A stretch of 27,812 bases of DNA from Veleropilina oligotropha (taxonomy: Eukaryota), in contig JBEUKZ010000089.1 in NCBI GenBank assembly GCA_048128005.1, forward strand, positions 124,001 to 151,812, written 5' to 3'. The position numbers were made by a program, and so were the translations under genes. Positions 1 through 14,449 of this stretch are shown piece after piece. Each line of letters starts with the position of its first letter. Position 1 is the stretch's first letter. The notes below the pieces were generated by a model that was given only the letters and a program-made list of their open reading frames with translations, was not told where the DNA came from and searched no databases.

Positions 1-2
1 TT

Positions 3-875
3 CAGGGAAACGCCGTGTCGACGCCGTATCCTGTAATTCCTTGTCCAGTTGCGAGAACTGAAAATTACCGAACGCAGAACCGAAGTTATCCGAAGCCGGT
101 AGTACAACCTGAAAGTTATTCCGGAAATACCAATTTTAATGACTGGCTTGCGCATTTTTCTCTATGCAAAGAGATAAATCAGTGGTCGGATTTAGAAGCG
201 ACTCGTTTTTGGGCAGTTAAATTGCGTGGAATAGCGCTGGAAACGTATAATCATTTATCGGATGTTGAGAAAACAGAATTTACCTTGTTGACAAATGCAT
301 TAAGATCTCGTTTTGATCCTCAACAAGCTGCGAGCCTTTACAGAGCCCAATTAAAACAAAAAAACCAGTTGCGTAACGAATCTTTATCCGAATTAGCGTC
401 CACTATTAGACGGTTGTCGAATAATGCGTATCCGGAAGTTCCTATTGAAGTTAGAGAAGACTTGGCAAAAGAGCATTTTATTGATGCGATTTCCCATATA
501 GAATTGCGCCGCCAGGTTCGTCGACGTCGAACCCTTACGTTTTCCGAAACAGTAAAAGTAGCGTTAGAAGAAGAGTCGTTTTTACAAATAGATGGCGAGA
601 AATTGTATACTGATTCGCGTACGGATACCGAGCGTTTTCTTAAGGGCGAACTCTGAACTATGCAAAACAGGTTCGAATCGTTGGATCGCTCGTATAAAAC
701 CCTTAATGATCATCTTTGCAGACAAGAATCTGTTAGGGAAAGTCCGTATCACCCAAATGTGCAATCAGAAAATAGGTCACAAGGCGAACATAGACCGTTT
801 TCGAATAGACCTGTAAATACTAATCGTGGCTATCCTAATGATAGATCGAATGGCAGAGGTCACTCGTTAAATTAG
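3..875 (+). pseudogene. gag: Gypsy gag (5' end outside window) with in-frame TGA at 654-656
   Basis: The frame is open from base 3. Retrotransposon capsid-like motifs: PESYSG..WLAHF..NQW..KLRGIA..RSRF..Q..NESLSELA..AYP..FIDAI. ORF 660-875 continues in the same frame after the stop and ends SLN*. Confidence 0.85.
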
Positions 876-910
876 GACAGACTGATGAGGGGATCGATTG
901 TCAGTCTGTT
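866..910 (+). promoter_or_regulatory. Putative -1 ribosomal frameshift signal at the gag/pol junction
   Basis: Near-slippery G TTA AAT (866-872) precedes the gag stop, followed by a stem GACAGACTGA (876-885) / TCAGTCTGTT (901-910). The pol frame is -1 to gag and is open across this region. Confidence 0.55.
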
Positions 911-3310
911 AAGCCTGAGGTCCGAGTGGAAAATACTTCATGGGCTTTATTTTTACCAGTTAAAATAAACAATGTACAAATTAAATTCTTAATCGATTCT
1001 GGATCGGACGCGACTTTACTTGATAAACAGTTGGCCAACGAATTAATATCTTTATCAGAGCTCGAGAATTTTGATAAAACGTTGTCTAGCGCCACTTCGC
1101 AACCGATTCCGGTTTTTGGTACAACAAAATTAAAATTTACTATCGGAAAGAAAGTCGTTCAACACAGAGTAGTAATAGCGGATATCATCCCCAATGCTAT
1201 ATTGGGAATGGATTTTTTGACCGTGAATAATTGTCTTATTAACGCGGGGAATCGGACGTTAACCATACATGGCAAGTCATTTCCGCTGATTAACTCTAGA
1301 TTAAATAAAGTCTCTCGCATTGCGCTGAACGAAGATGTGATTGTGCCTCCCTTCTCCGAGATGGTGGTTAAGGGTAGAGTCAACAGACGAGATGTCACGG
1401 GCGAATTGATGATCGAACCGATTCAAGGCTTAACCTACAAACAACCAAAGATTAAGGTTGCCCGTGCATTAGTTGATGTAAATTCGTCGCACTGCGTTCC
1501 AGTTCGCATAATAAATTGCGATAATGAGGCTAAAGTAATAAAGCGTGGCACGATTATGGCCACTGCACAAACAGTGAAGATCGTAGATGAAAGTTTCGGT
1601 AACCTATCGGATTCTTCGGAGCATAGTGATTCGCTGTTAAATAACTTGATATCGGAGACGATAGAGAGAACAGCGTCTGAATATCACGAGCAAATTACCG
1701 AATTGATTCATAAACACCAGCACGTCTTTATGAAAGAAGATGGAAAATTGGGTCGAACAGACTTAATAAAACATAAAATTGATACTGGTGATGCACATCC
1801 GATTAGACAGAGAGCGTATAGAGTTCCTGTTCATAAAAAATCCGAAGCTGATAAACAGATTGAAGATATGCTAAAACAAGAGGTTATTCGTCCTTCGAAT
1901 AGCCCGTGGGCTAGTCCATTTCTCTTGGTTTCTAAAAAAGATGGGTCCTTGAGATTTTGTGTGGACTACCGGAAGTTAAATCTTGTTACTAAAAAGGATG
2001 CATATCCTATCCCGAATATTCAACAAAGCTTGGAAGCCATGTCTGGCGCAAAATGGTTTTCAACCTTAGATCTGGCTAGTGGTTATTGGCAGTTAGAGGT
2101 CGATCCTAAGGATAGAGAGAAAACAGCGTTTGTCACCGAAAGTGGGTATTACCTTTTGGTTTATGTAACTCTCCAAGCACATTTGAGCATACATTAGAGA
2201 CCATATTGCGCGGGTTACATTGGAAAACCTGTTTAATTTATATCGATGATATAATTATTTTTTCTTCCACGTTTGACGACCATGTAGAGCGTTTAACCGA
2301 AGTTTTTCAACGTTTGACTAATGCCAATTTAAAACTAAAGCCGCAGAAATGCCATTTGTTCCAACATCACGTGTTGTATCTGGGTCACGTCGTTTCAGAT
2401 AAGGGCATCCATACCGATAATGAGAAAATTGTAAAAATTCAAAACTGGCCTACTCCAAAAAGTGTAACAGAGATAAGGGGATTTTGGGGCCTAGTGTCTT
2501 ATTATCGTCGTTTCGTGAAAGATTTTTCGAAACATGCGGAACCATTAATCCATTTGACAAAGAAAGGTGCTCCTTTCCTATGGAAAGAAGCCCAAATACA
2601 AGCGTTTGAATTTTTGAAGAAGAAACTTACCAAAGCTCCCGTTCTAGCGTATCCGGACTTTAATAAAGAATTTATTTTAGATACGGATGACAGCGACTTC
2701 GGCATTGGCGCGGTTTTGTCTCAAATTCACGACGGAAACGGGAAAGTAGTCGCGTATTATAGTACCACCTTGTCAGACATAGAAAAACGCTCTAGTGTTA
2801 CCCGAAAAGAACTTTTAGCTGTTATAGTGTCCTTAAAACATTTCAAACACTTTTTGATCGGGAAACACTTCCTTTTGAGGACGGATCATGCTTCCCTTAA
2901 ATGGCTCTTCAAATTTAAGGAACCGAGTGGCCAAGTAGCTCGATGGATCGAGTATATCAGTAGTTTCGACGTTCACATTGAACATAGACCGGGCAAATTG
3001 CATTGTAATGCAGATGCGTTATCTAGATACCCGTTGAGAATAACTGTTGTGACATATTCCGGTGAATTAGACTCAGCCGAGATAATTGAAGCGCAAAATA
3101 AAGATCCTGTTATCTCGAAAGTAATCGGATTTTTAAATTTGGATGAAAAGGCGCCTCCGTAAAATATAATTAGCGGGGAAGCGGCTGAGCTTAAGGTTTG
3201 GCGTAACCAGTGGGAGCAACTAACGTTAGTCAATAAAACGTTATATCGCAAATGGTACCTACCCAGTACGGACGAAATGAAGTTGTTATTGATCGTACCC
3301 CAGAAAATGG
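869..3310 (+). pseudogene. pol: Gypsy pol (protease, reverse transcriptase, RNase H), disrupted
   Basis: FLIDSGS protease; SPWASP, RFCVDYRKLN, LDLASGYWQ and IYIDD RT motifs; FILDTD, ELLAV, TDHASL and NADALSR RNase H motifs. Frameshifting deletion near 2148 (resumes LPFGLCNSPSTF) and in-frame TAA at 3160-3162. Homology-like sequence continues to LLIVPQKM at ~3310. Confidence 0.92.
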
Positions 3311-3537
3311 AGGTTTTCTCTAGTTTTATTTCATTGATGTTTAAAAATGTTGAAGGGGCCTGTTTGCAACGCGATATATTTTCGTAGGGATCCACGTGGC
3401 ATCGTTTTCATGTTTGATCTGGGTGGAGGCGTCATGCATAATGGTGGTGGCAGCTTAATATATATTTTATCGCTGTTCGAAGAGACGGACCTGTGTGGTC
3501 GTTGTGTGTTACCGGTGAGACCAGTTGCCTTGGCAGA

Positions 3538-3660
3538 CCTGTCAATGCTCCCGATTTCGGCGGGAGGGTCCCGCTTTCTGACCCCGTATCCCGCCAGCCT
3601 GTCATTGCTCCCGATTCTGGTGGGAGGGTCCCGATTTCGGCAGAATGGTCCCGTATCCCG
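3538..3660 (+). repeat. hAT left subterminal ~60-bp tandem duplication with TCCCG motifs
   Basis: CCTGTCAATGCTCCCGATTTCGGCGGGAGGGTCCCG (3538) and CCTGTCATTGCTCCCGATTCTGGTGGGAGGGTCCCG (3598); both are followed by CCCGTATCCCG. Confidence 0.8.
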
Positions 3661-4471
3661 TCAAACGCAACTTTTCTCACGTATCTGGCATTAACTGTAC
3701 TTGCCTTAAAATGTGATGTCTCCAAAACGCACCAAGTAAATCCTATTCACACACATAATCGCGACACAACAGAATCATATAGCCAACTAATTTGTCGGTC
3801 TCTAACTCTGAATTGTTGACACAGCATTTTTCTGCTAATCAATTTGCCGTCTCTTTGTTCTACTTTCAATCTATCAGTTAACAGCAAATAGGTCACGCAC
3901 GACTGTAGGTTCTTTCACACGCCAAATTAGTCCTTTGTCTACTGAAGTGGATGCGTAACTAGCAATTATATTTCCAAGCTAAAGCAAGGTTCTTTTGATC
4001 TACATAAAAGTTACTTGATGTTTTTTATCAAACAGTTTGATCGATTTAATCAAACAGTGGGCCGGCGTTCTGTACGCTTCTAATACAAAAAGGCAAAATA
4101 TCTACAGAAAAGACAAAATCAGAGTCGGCGATAATATTTAAACTTACTTATTTCGGCATTCTTTATTATGTTCACAGTTATTCACATATGACAAGTAATG
4201 CGATTATCGGCGGCATACTTGAACAAACTTGGTTGAGTCGTTATTCACAAGTGGTATAGCTTTCAATGTACTCAGTAATGCGATTATCACGAAGACAATG
4301 GGATAATCGTCTTATCACAAATGGCGGCATATATTACAAAAATGGAGTGAACTATTGTTAAGCAATATAGTATTATCGACAGATTATCGTTAATCTGAGT
4401 AAATCATCTCATATGTCAGAGATTTTGCTATAAATATCGATTGGAAAAATGAGATACCATATGAAGAAATC

Positions 4472-7400
4472 ATGTCTTCAAAACGTAAAGCTTCACCACT
4501 CGCTAAACAGAAAAAGAAGAGAAAATATGCGAGCCACTTCCAGAGCGACTGGGAACAAGAATTCCAGTGGGTATCGAAGAGCGGCCAATGCACGACCAAG
4601 GCGTATTGCAAACTTTGTAGTTTCCACTTATCGGTAGCCCATGGAGGAAAGAACGACCTGGTCAAACATTCCAACACCACGCAACACATTTCTCTGTCGA
4701 AAACGTCCGATTCAACTAAGAAAATTACTTCGTTTATTACGACCGACAAAAACATCGATTCGGTTATATCCATCGAGATACAGTTCGCTAACTTCTTCGC
4801 CGAACACAATATACCATTTTCTGTTGCCGATCATTTATCGAAGTTGATTAAGAAATCATTTCCTGGATGCAACCTCGCAAGAAAATACGGGTGCGGTAAA
4901 ACAAAGACAACGATGATCGTGAAAAAAGCTATAGCACCAGAGATAACGCGAAAAGTTCAAGAAATCTGCAGACAACAGCCATTTTCTCTCCTCATTGACG
5001 AAAGTAACGACAAAAACACGAACAAAAGCTTGGTAATATTAGTTCGAGTATTCGATAGCGCCATTGGTAAAGCCGTAACTCGTTTCCTGGATCTTCCCGT
5101 ATGCAACATCAGCACAGCGGAAGCGATATTCTCACATGTGGACAAATCTCTAAGGTAAGATAAACGATACCACTCTGTTCCGTCAGCCCTTATATTTTCT
5201 TGATTTAATTTTTTTTATTTAATTGGTAAATATATAATCGCTCTAGGTTTGTTTCATAACGTTAAACAAATGTATTTATTTTAATCGGATCCAATTGTTT
5301 ATTTTCGTTCATTATTTGTGCTTGTATTTGCTGTTTTGTTTCTTATAAATAAATTTAAAATTCGGCGTTTATTTTAGAGAGGCGGGGATCCCATGGGAAA
5401 ATTTGATAGCTTTTACCAGTGATAACTGTAATGTGATGATGGGGAAGAAAAACTCTGTATCGACCAGGATAAAATCGAAACAGCCAAATGCGTTTGACTT
5501 CGGATGCGTCTGCCATTTGGCAAATCTGTGCGCAACACACGCCATAAAGGGTCTGCCGATGTCGATTGACGAGTTTCTCATAGACATATATTATCACTTC
5601 CAATACAGGTAATGTACACTTATAGTCATTAATAATATATAATTTTTAAAACACAGAATTTAATTTTTAATAACATTACATTTTCATCAAATATAATTTC
5701 TAACCTTATTTATACATACTTTTATAAGATAGTATTTTTGTATATAATTACAGTGCCAAGCGACGAGAGGAATACAAATCATTCATGGAGTTTTGCGACG
5801 TCGAGCCATCAAAATTATTGAAATACGCAGCGACACGTTGGCTTAGTCTGGAGAAGTGTGTGGGTCGAGTGTTGGAGCATTGGCCATCGTTGCTGAGCTA
5901 TTTTGCCAGTCATGCGGACAATGAGAAAGATGGGCGAATAAAACGAGCAAAGGAAAATTTTGAGAACAAAGCGATGCAGGTCTATTTTCTCTTTCTTCAG
6001 TACATTCTTCATCCCCTGAACGAATTCAACACTGCATTTCAGGTAACATTTATTTGATAATCTTTTTGCTATATATAAACATGTCTATCTGTCCCAAAAT
6101 AATGATAATCATATAATTTTTTTTTGCATTCATTTTTTCGCATAATATTCATTAGTGTAAGCATTATTAATAATGTGTATAACATTTAAACATTGAAGTG
6201 TAATATGATTATCAATAATTGTATATCATTAATATTTATTCACAGGCTGAATCATCAAAGATGGGAAATGTACACGGAGATATAAAACGCTTGCTGAGGA
6301 AATTTATGGCGAAATTTGTGAAGGCGAAATCGATTGCTTCAGAATCAGACTTAACCAAGGTTCAATACAAAGAATCAGAACATCAACTGGACGACAGTCT
6401 CATCGCTGTGGGATTGAAGACGCGCACGTTCCTGGTCGACAACGAGGATGACATGTCTCCGGCCATAGTAAAGAGGATAATGAAGTAAGTATAATCCTCT
6501 AACATTATCATATTCTATATTAATAATCAGTTGTTAAATGCATAATAACGAATGGGTGAACATTTATTTTCAATAACAAAAATCCAGCATGGTCATATCC
6601 TAGATTAGTAAGTAAATAGTTGTTACATGCATAATAAGTATCATGTGAACTTTTATTTTCAGGAGTGTTAGAGTGTTCTACGAGAATGTGGTGGAGAAGA
6701 TGATCAAGAAGTTTCCTTTCAATGAGCCAGTATTTAAACACATGACCTTCCTGCAACCAGCAAGAAAGCTGGAACTTACTGCTCAATCAGGTAATTAATA
6801 GATAATTAACAAGGTAATTACTAGATAATTAACAAGGTAATTAATAGATAATGAACAAGGTAATTAATAGATAATTAACAAGGTAATTAATAGATCAACG
6901 ATCATGTATGTGGTACATGTTAACACTCTCCTTGGATAACTGAAAATGAACAATAGGTTTAAATAATTGTATTCAACAGGAATAATTGAACTAGGATAAT
7001 AAATAACACATGAATAAAATTTCTTTATTAAATAATCACATTCCTTATTTCAGTTATCTCTCTTGGAGAAAGGTTTCCGCAGCTGGTTGCAAAGAAGGAC
7101 TTCAACACATTAGAAGACCAATTCCTGGAGTTTCAGATCACGCCACCAGAGGAGCTGCCTGCATGCGAGACGATTGATGGCTTTTGGAGCGACATGGATA
7201 AGCTGATGATATTTTCCAATGGACAGAAGCGATTCGACATATTATGCAACCTTGCCAAGGGTTTGTTAACAATCCCCAACAGCAATGCACCATGTGAACG
7301 TGTATTCAGCATGGTGAGGAAGATCCAGACCGACTATAGAACAGACTTAGACAATGACACAATAGTGTCCCTGTTATCATGCAAAATGAACATTGATGAA

Positions 7401-7484
7401 GATTGTGTTAATTTCTCGCCTTCTGCCACAATGTTGAAAGAAGCCAAATCATGTACCTATAACTATAACAAAGAACACATGTAA
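4472..7484 (+). CDS. hAT transposase, six exons, 666 aa, apparently intact: 4472-5154, 5378-5608, 5754-6042, 6246-6484, 6663-6790, 7054-7484
   Basis: All five introns are GT-AG with consistent phases (2,2,0,2,1). Spliced CDS is 2001 nt with no internal stop. N-terminal zinc finger (YCKLC...H...H), LLIDES, FTSDN, CVCHL (CxxH), TRWLS, and C-terminal dimerisation motif TIPNSNAPCERVFS. Confidence 0.88.
6789..6895 (+). repeat. 23-bp tandem repeat (~4.6 copies) at the start of hAT intron 5
   Basis: Unit AGGTAATTAATAGATAATTAACA repeated with single substitutions. Confidence 0.9.
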
Positions 7485-7785
7485 TTAATCATTCAATGAT
7501 TACATCATAAATTAATTGTCTTGATGTATTATTTTGTGGACACTGGTAGCAATAATTAATACTATTAACATTTATTTAATATGTTACTATGGCATGATAT
7601 GAGCATTGTACATTACATTGTATATTTGGATTGCATATATATATATATAGTGTTAATTAATTAACAGTCTTGGTGCATCAATTATTATTATTCATTTAAT
7701 TAGTCTACCATGCCATGATATTTGCACAGTTGTTTACATTGTATAGACATGTTTTAATTGTTTGTATATAATGTATTTGGATTGA

Positions 7786-7792
7786 ATATATA

Positions 7793-7850
<58 letters not shown>
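7786..7850. repeat. (TA)n microsatellite, left flank of Tc1
   Basis: Direct reading of the sequence. Confidence 0.97.
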
Positions 7851-9527
<1,677 letters not shown>

Positions 9528-10141
9528 TCTTAAATGAGTGATGTGTGTAAGTGTGTACACAGTAAATACAAAATAAATAACATTATTACGTTTATACATG
9601 GTTTTCTTTATTTAATATATATATATATATACGGCGTCAGCTTGTATTTTTGGACCGTCAAAAAAGCTCCCTATATGGCCTTTTCAAATGTTGACAGGTC
9701 TGCCTTGGCGTAGTCCACGTGTTCGACAACTAGGGCCCGCTACTATTCGATTTGTCGATCACGGGGGACTACTGTGATTGACTGACGTGACCTGGAGATA
9801 CGATAATTGATGACCTCTGGGATCGTTGTCATCGCTTAGATTCACAAAGCATTGTTAAGGTTAGGGTTTCTTCCATGGTCCGTTGGTTCGAAGGTTTACC
9901 GTCGTTGGGCACGGGGTTTTAATCCCGTGGGGGGTGGTCCGCCCGCACGTCGCGTCACACCGACTGTCGCAGATTTAACAAAGCGGTTGCATGGTTGGCA
10001 TCCTCTTGTTCAAAACAGCGATATGCTTCACTAATATTATGTTGAATGCTACTTAAAATTTCTTTTCGCATGTCGTCCTAATTGGCAGCCATTTTTTTCT
10101 GCGGATCTACGATGGGGAGAAGTTATTTAAACTATGAACTC

Positions 10142-10310
10142 GTATTTCTTGATATATAGAATTCGAATTTGTGATAGAAATCGAATTCTTGATATCAAGA
10201 AATCGAATTCTTGATATCAAGAACAAGAATCAAATTGAATTCTTGATATCAAGAAATTGAATTTGTGATATCAAGAATTCCATTTTTTGATATCACAAAT
10301 TCGAATTCTT
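10142..10310. repeat. Array of palindromic ~22-bp units, probable MITE/foldback remnant
   Basis: Perfect 16-bp palindrome TTCTTGATATCAAGAA at 10186-10201, 10208-10223 and 10240-10255, plus degenerate copies on both sides. Confidence 0.8.
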
Positions 10311-11444
10311 ATTATCTAAAACGGTAATACGGCTCCTTATATCCTGCAATGACAATCATCGAGCCGAGTTGCATCTGGATTTGCATCATTACGCAGAAAT
10401 TAGTAATTATTACGTTGAAATATCATTTTGTTTACCGCACAAAAGCTACAATTCCATCACACATTGAAGACAGAAAGGTTTTACTCCAACACGTGTATTT
10501 GTTTACAAACAAAATACGCCATTTTGGATCATTAAAACATGGATACGTTACAAGTCCGACACGGTTATTGGATAAAACCAAGCTAAATCGTGACCTATAT
10601 ACAACTAAAATATCGATAATTAATTGCCCTTTTAGCAAAATACAGAAGTGGGAACAAGTATTTTCGATTATAATAAACCATTTTGAATATTGTGGGCAAA
10701 TTTTATCGAGTACCTCCCATTAGACTACGAAAACGGGCTCAGCCCACCTCCTGGACCAGTTTTCACTGGAGGACGAATTTGTTTGGAAGCGAATTGTCTG
10801 TCACCTAACAGACATAGGTCAAAAGGTATTCCTAAAGCGTCGTTCATGATTTTATAATATCAACGTTACAATTCTTACATATTGGCCTTGTTGTTAACAT
10901 TAATATTGTTGCTTGCCTCCGTTCGCAATATGGCTCTTGGAAATTATCGTGGCATTTTGGACAATTTGGCGTGTTAACCCGATAAAATCAAACCGACCAT
11001 ATTTGATAGATTTTAGTTTCGTATACAATAATACCAGTATCGCATTTTTTCAAAGATTACCTTAAATTTCGTCCTAATATGTGTGTTTATCTTACTCATC
11101 CCTGTAATTATCTGTATTTAGGTATACCGTATTATGGGTGCGCTATGTTTTAATTTTCTGATATAACATCCGGGTTACAGTTATTATCAGCGTTTGTTCC
11201 CGATTCGTGTGTACTTGTTGACGACTTAATTAATATAGGATGCAACCTCGTTGTATCGCGGTACTTGTTGTTTACACCCACCGGAATAAAATATGTCCAC
11301 CCACCTTTACATTTCTTTATGTTTTCTTTGTTAACTGGTTATTATTTAATGTATTAATTACAAAAACGACTATCGACGATAATATGGTGAGCAACGAAAT
11401 GCTGCCGACAATCGGCACGCGCTTCCGTTTAGGCAAGGGAGTTA

Positions 11445-14400
11445 ACTCCATCGTATCGCGGTATATACAAATATTATCTATGGAAGCGTGTTTCAGACAG
11501 AAATCGATTAATATCGTACTTACCACAAAGAGTAAAGAACAAAGAATATATGACCAAGTCCAGGTGTATAACGATAGTCCAAATATAAATGGAATGAAAC
11601 TGTCAAATAATTTAAATATCAACATAACATGAACGTTTCCACATTTAGAGTGGTCTATTATTCGCAATGTGGACACAGAAATTCCGCATGGCGTCTCACA
11701 AACTTCACTTTGGAGCAGAATGATAAATGAGTCCAGTGGTCACATCTGTCACATTGTGCCCACTTCACAATGGCAAGATAACCACATGATCTTAGAGCTG
11801 GTGGTGAGTTCTTGTCACAAACACAGCAGTTTTCAGAGTCGTCTTCAGATAAAATAGAGTCAAGATCTGTGGTGTTGAAACTGTCTTCCCGGAATGAAGA
11901 AGGTCCAGGTTGGGGACTGGTTGGTTGTTTGTCTGTGGAACTGGAAGTAGATTTTGAAGTTTGAGGAGTTACCATTTCAACATGTGCCTTGGTGATGATC
12001 TTGGTCGAAGATGGGAATGAAGCTTTAGGTTTAATTAATGACTGTTTGACATTTTTTGAAGAGGACTCCATAATGTCAATGTTCTTCTTCTTTGTCAGAC
12101 TTCCACACAACAAGGGAGGCACAAATCTCCTCTTCTTTGGTTTACTTATAACCGTAGTGACACTTCTGGCTTGAAAGAATTGATTGGCAGAAACTGCACT
12201 AATGGCAGAAGATGACTGAGATGTGGTTACTGCAGTGACAGTGGGCTCACCCGCAATGCTCACTAGTGGTCCAGGTAGTTCTGGAACATTTTCCTTGTCC
12301 TGGATCTCCTCATTCACTTGTGAATAGATCGTGGATGGTGCAATGATTGAGTCTCCAATGGCATGGCTGGAGAAAGGATAAATACCAGATTTTCGAAAGG
12401 CAGATGATAGATTATCGGCAGACATGGCCTTTAAATATGGCCTGGAAGAGAGCTTAGCAACTTCATACTTAGTGATCTTCACTCCTGGATTTCTTTGGAG
12501 ATACAGTTGACATTCGCGGTTGTACATGGATTTGAAAGGTCCGAAAACGGCAACATCAAGTGGTTGGGTAATGTGACTTGTGTGTGGGGGGAGAACAAAC
12601 AGAATCACGTTATGCTTCCTAGCCCAATCAACAAGCGTTAAAGAAATATGGGATCTGTGTCCATCAAAGATAACCAATGTCTTTTCTGAGTTTGGGTCAT
12701 TTGTAATCCCGGCATGTTTAGCAAAGTGTTTAGTAAGATAGTTCTGAAAGATCTGAGAGTTTGACCAGCCATTGTCTGACATCTCACCTGAAGCTCCAGG
12801 GGGTGCACCATCCAAAAAGAGGTCATTCCACCGTTTTCCAGCAAAAACATAATAAGGAGGAATATGATTACCTATAGCATTTCCACCACCGATAATCGTA
12901 ACAAGCGATGATCTCGGGGACGTTACCGCTTGTGGCTGACACAAGGCATCGCAGACAATCTTTGGTGGAGCATGCTCTGTGTTAATGCCGGTCTCATCCA
13001 TATTGTATAGTCGTTCAGGTTTGTCTTTTAGGTTATTGACAGTCATGATGGTTGACAGTTCCTTAAAGTAGGCGTCAATGACTTCTCTAGATGCGTATTG
13101 CGCTCTAAGCAATGACAGTTTTTGTGGTTTGGCAACTTTAAGACCAGGCCATCTCTTCAGGAAGCCATAAAACCAATTATCACTTAGAGGTCGATCACTG
13201 GAACATTTCTTGTCACATGACACTGCAAAGTCTGCTGCCAGGTACTGAACATTAAGCTTTGTATAACTGCTTCTCCTCCTCCTCTGCAAAAAGAGTATCT
13301 CCCCCCGGCCTGGCATCCACCTTAACATTACCCCTGGTTCTATCGCGGAGAGTTGATTCTGGGATACCATACAGCCGAGATGCACGATATACAGATATGC
13401 CATTTTGAGTAGAATGAAATGCTCTTTGAAGATTTGTAGCATCATACAGACATCGAGCCTTAACTTGCTTTTGGTCTTGAAAATTCAACTGTCTCTTGGC
13501 TTTGGTCTTTCCATCCTGAAAAATATTCCATGGCATGGAACAATAAATGGTAAGTACAAATAAAAAGTATGCGTTTTTCATGTAAATAATAATATTTCCT
13601 TTAAAACAAAATATTAAAAAAATATTGGCTTCTTAAAGTTTAACCTTCATATAATATTATTTTCATAATTTATAATAAAAATTTTCAGTAAATAAATATG
13701 TTTGTACAATTTTTGTTTAATATTCACATTGTTTTTTTATAAATTATATTTATTGAATTATAATTTATAAAAAATCGTTCTAAAATTATACTGAGAGTTA
13801 TATACAACAATAAACAATTGTATTTTCATGTAGTGTACAAATAGTCTCCTGAAAAAATATATAAGGAACATTTGAAAACAATGAACAAAATACAAATTTT
13901 TTAAAAATTCCTTAATAATTTTTATTTAAATGTATTTCAATAAATGAAATAATCACAAATATATTAACAAACAATTAATAATAATAATTAATGGTATGCT
14001 TTGGATCTTGGCTAATTGACAACATTTATTCCATATCCACTGCTTGTAACACAAATCAACATTAGGTTCCTTATTATCTACCATACTTTATTTAACACCT
14101 AGCGGCAAAATTGTGTGAACACGTTACTTCCGTTACCATATTTGGCAAGGAGGTCACGCAGACGACACAGTTTAGCCAAGCGAAAATTATTTAGTGGAGA
14201 AACGGGCGCATAAAGTACATTCAATGTGAGATAGAGGTCAGGCATGATCCAAAATATTCCAGAAACAAATATGAGTTGATTGTACTTACCAGAATACGGA
14301 ACATTTCGGTGAAATTGAAAATTGCAAACAATGCGTGAACTTCCAACCTGCAATTTACATATGTAAACAACCGCTAGGGGACGATTTGCGCGTGCTTGAC

Positions 14401-14449
14401 CGGATATCGCAAGTACCGCGATACGATGAATACCGCGATACAATGGAGT
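11445..14449 (-). mobile_element. pogo/Fot-like (DD35D) DNA transposon; ends approximate
   Basis: Inverted match ACTCCATCGTATCGCGGTAT (11445-11464) vs ATACCGCGATACAATGGAGT (14430-14449), 19/20. Extra GTATCGCGGTA copies at ~11253 and ~14414 (inverted). No clean TA-flanked terminal pair was found. Confidence 0.6.
11658..13515 (-). pseudogene. pogo-like transposase (psq HTH, CENP-B-type HTH, DDE_1 DD35D, C-terminal PHD finger) with a frameshifting deletion near 13265
   Basis: SVYRASRLYGIPESTLRDR HTH lies in the ORF 13252-13581 frame. NWFYGFLKRW, YNMDETG, VIFDGHRSH, QPLDVAVFGP (35-residue D-D spacing) and C4HC3 CCVC...CDRC..WTH...C...CPHC lie in ORF 11658-13445. CAG acceptor at 13518-13516; possible micro exon 1 MFRIL at 14304-14290 followed by GTAAGT. 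Confidence 0.88.

Larger units (their letters stand above)
1..3310 (+). mobile_element. Ty3/Gypsy LTR retrotransposon internal region (gag, PR, RT, RNase H), decayed and truncated before integrase
   Basis: Domain order is Gag, aspartic protease, RT, RNase H, then a pre-integrase segment, as in Ty3/Gypsy. No LTR or integrase was recognised in the window. Confidence 0.93.

Noticed and set aside
3347..3819. Overlapping ORFs of 97-115 aa
   Set aside because: They span the hAT junction and GC-rich subterminal repeats and have no recognisable domain.
4472..7484. Host ZNF862/ZBED-type gene suggested by its many introns
   Set aside because: It is bounded by perfect TIRs and a target duplication, so it is a transposon gene.
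10142..10310. Possible CRISPR array (palindromic repeats)
   Set aside because: Units are adjacent with no unique spacers, there are no cas genes, and the context is intron-containing eukaryotic DNA.
10349..10723. 124-aa ORF faintly like the C-terminus of an L1/Tx1 ORF2 (TIPS, LY..., KWE)
   Set aside because: The similarity is too weak to call without a profile search.
10770..10807. GCGAATTGTCTGTCACC|TA resembling a DNA transposon terminus
   Set aside because: No partner inverted repeat was found in the window.
10847..10975. Minus-strand frame with CPKC...CKNC, a possible zinc finger
   Set aside because: It is short, has no clear start or splice context, and could arise by chance.
11240..11676. 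Opposing ORFs of 130 and 119 aa
   Set aside because: They lie in the AT-rich 3'/terminal region of the pogo element with no recognisable domain.
13266..13445. N-terminus of the 595-aa ORF as called in the track
   Set aside because: It is out of frame; the real psq HTH is in the 13252-13581 frame upstream of a frameshifting deletion.
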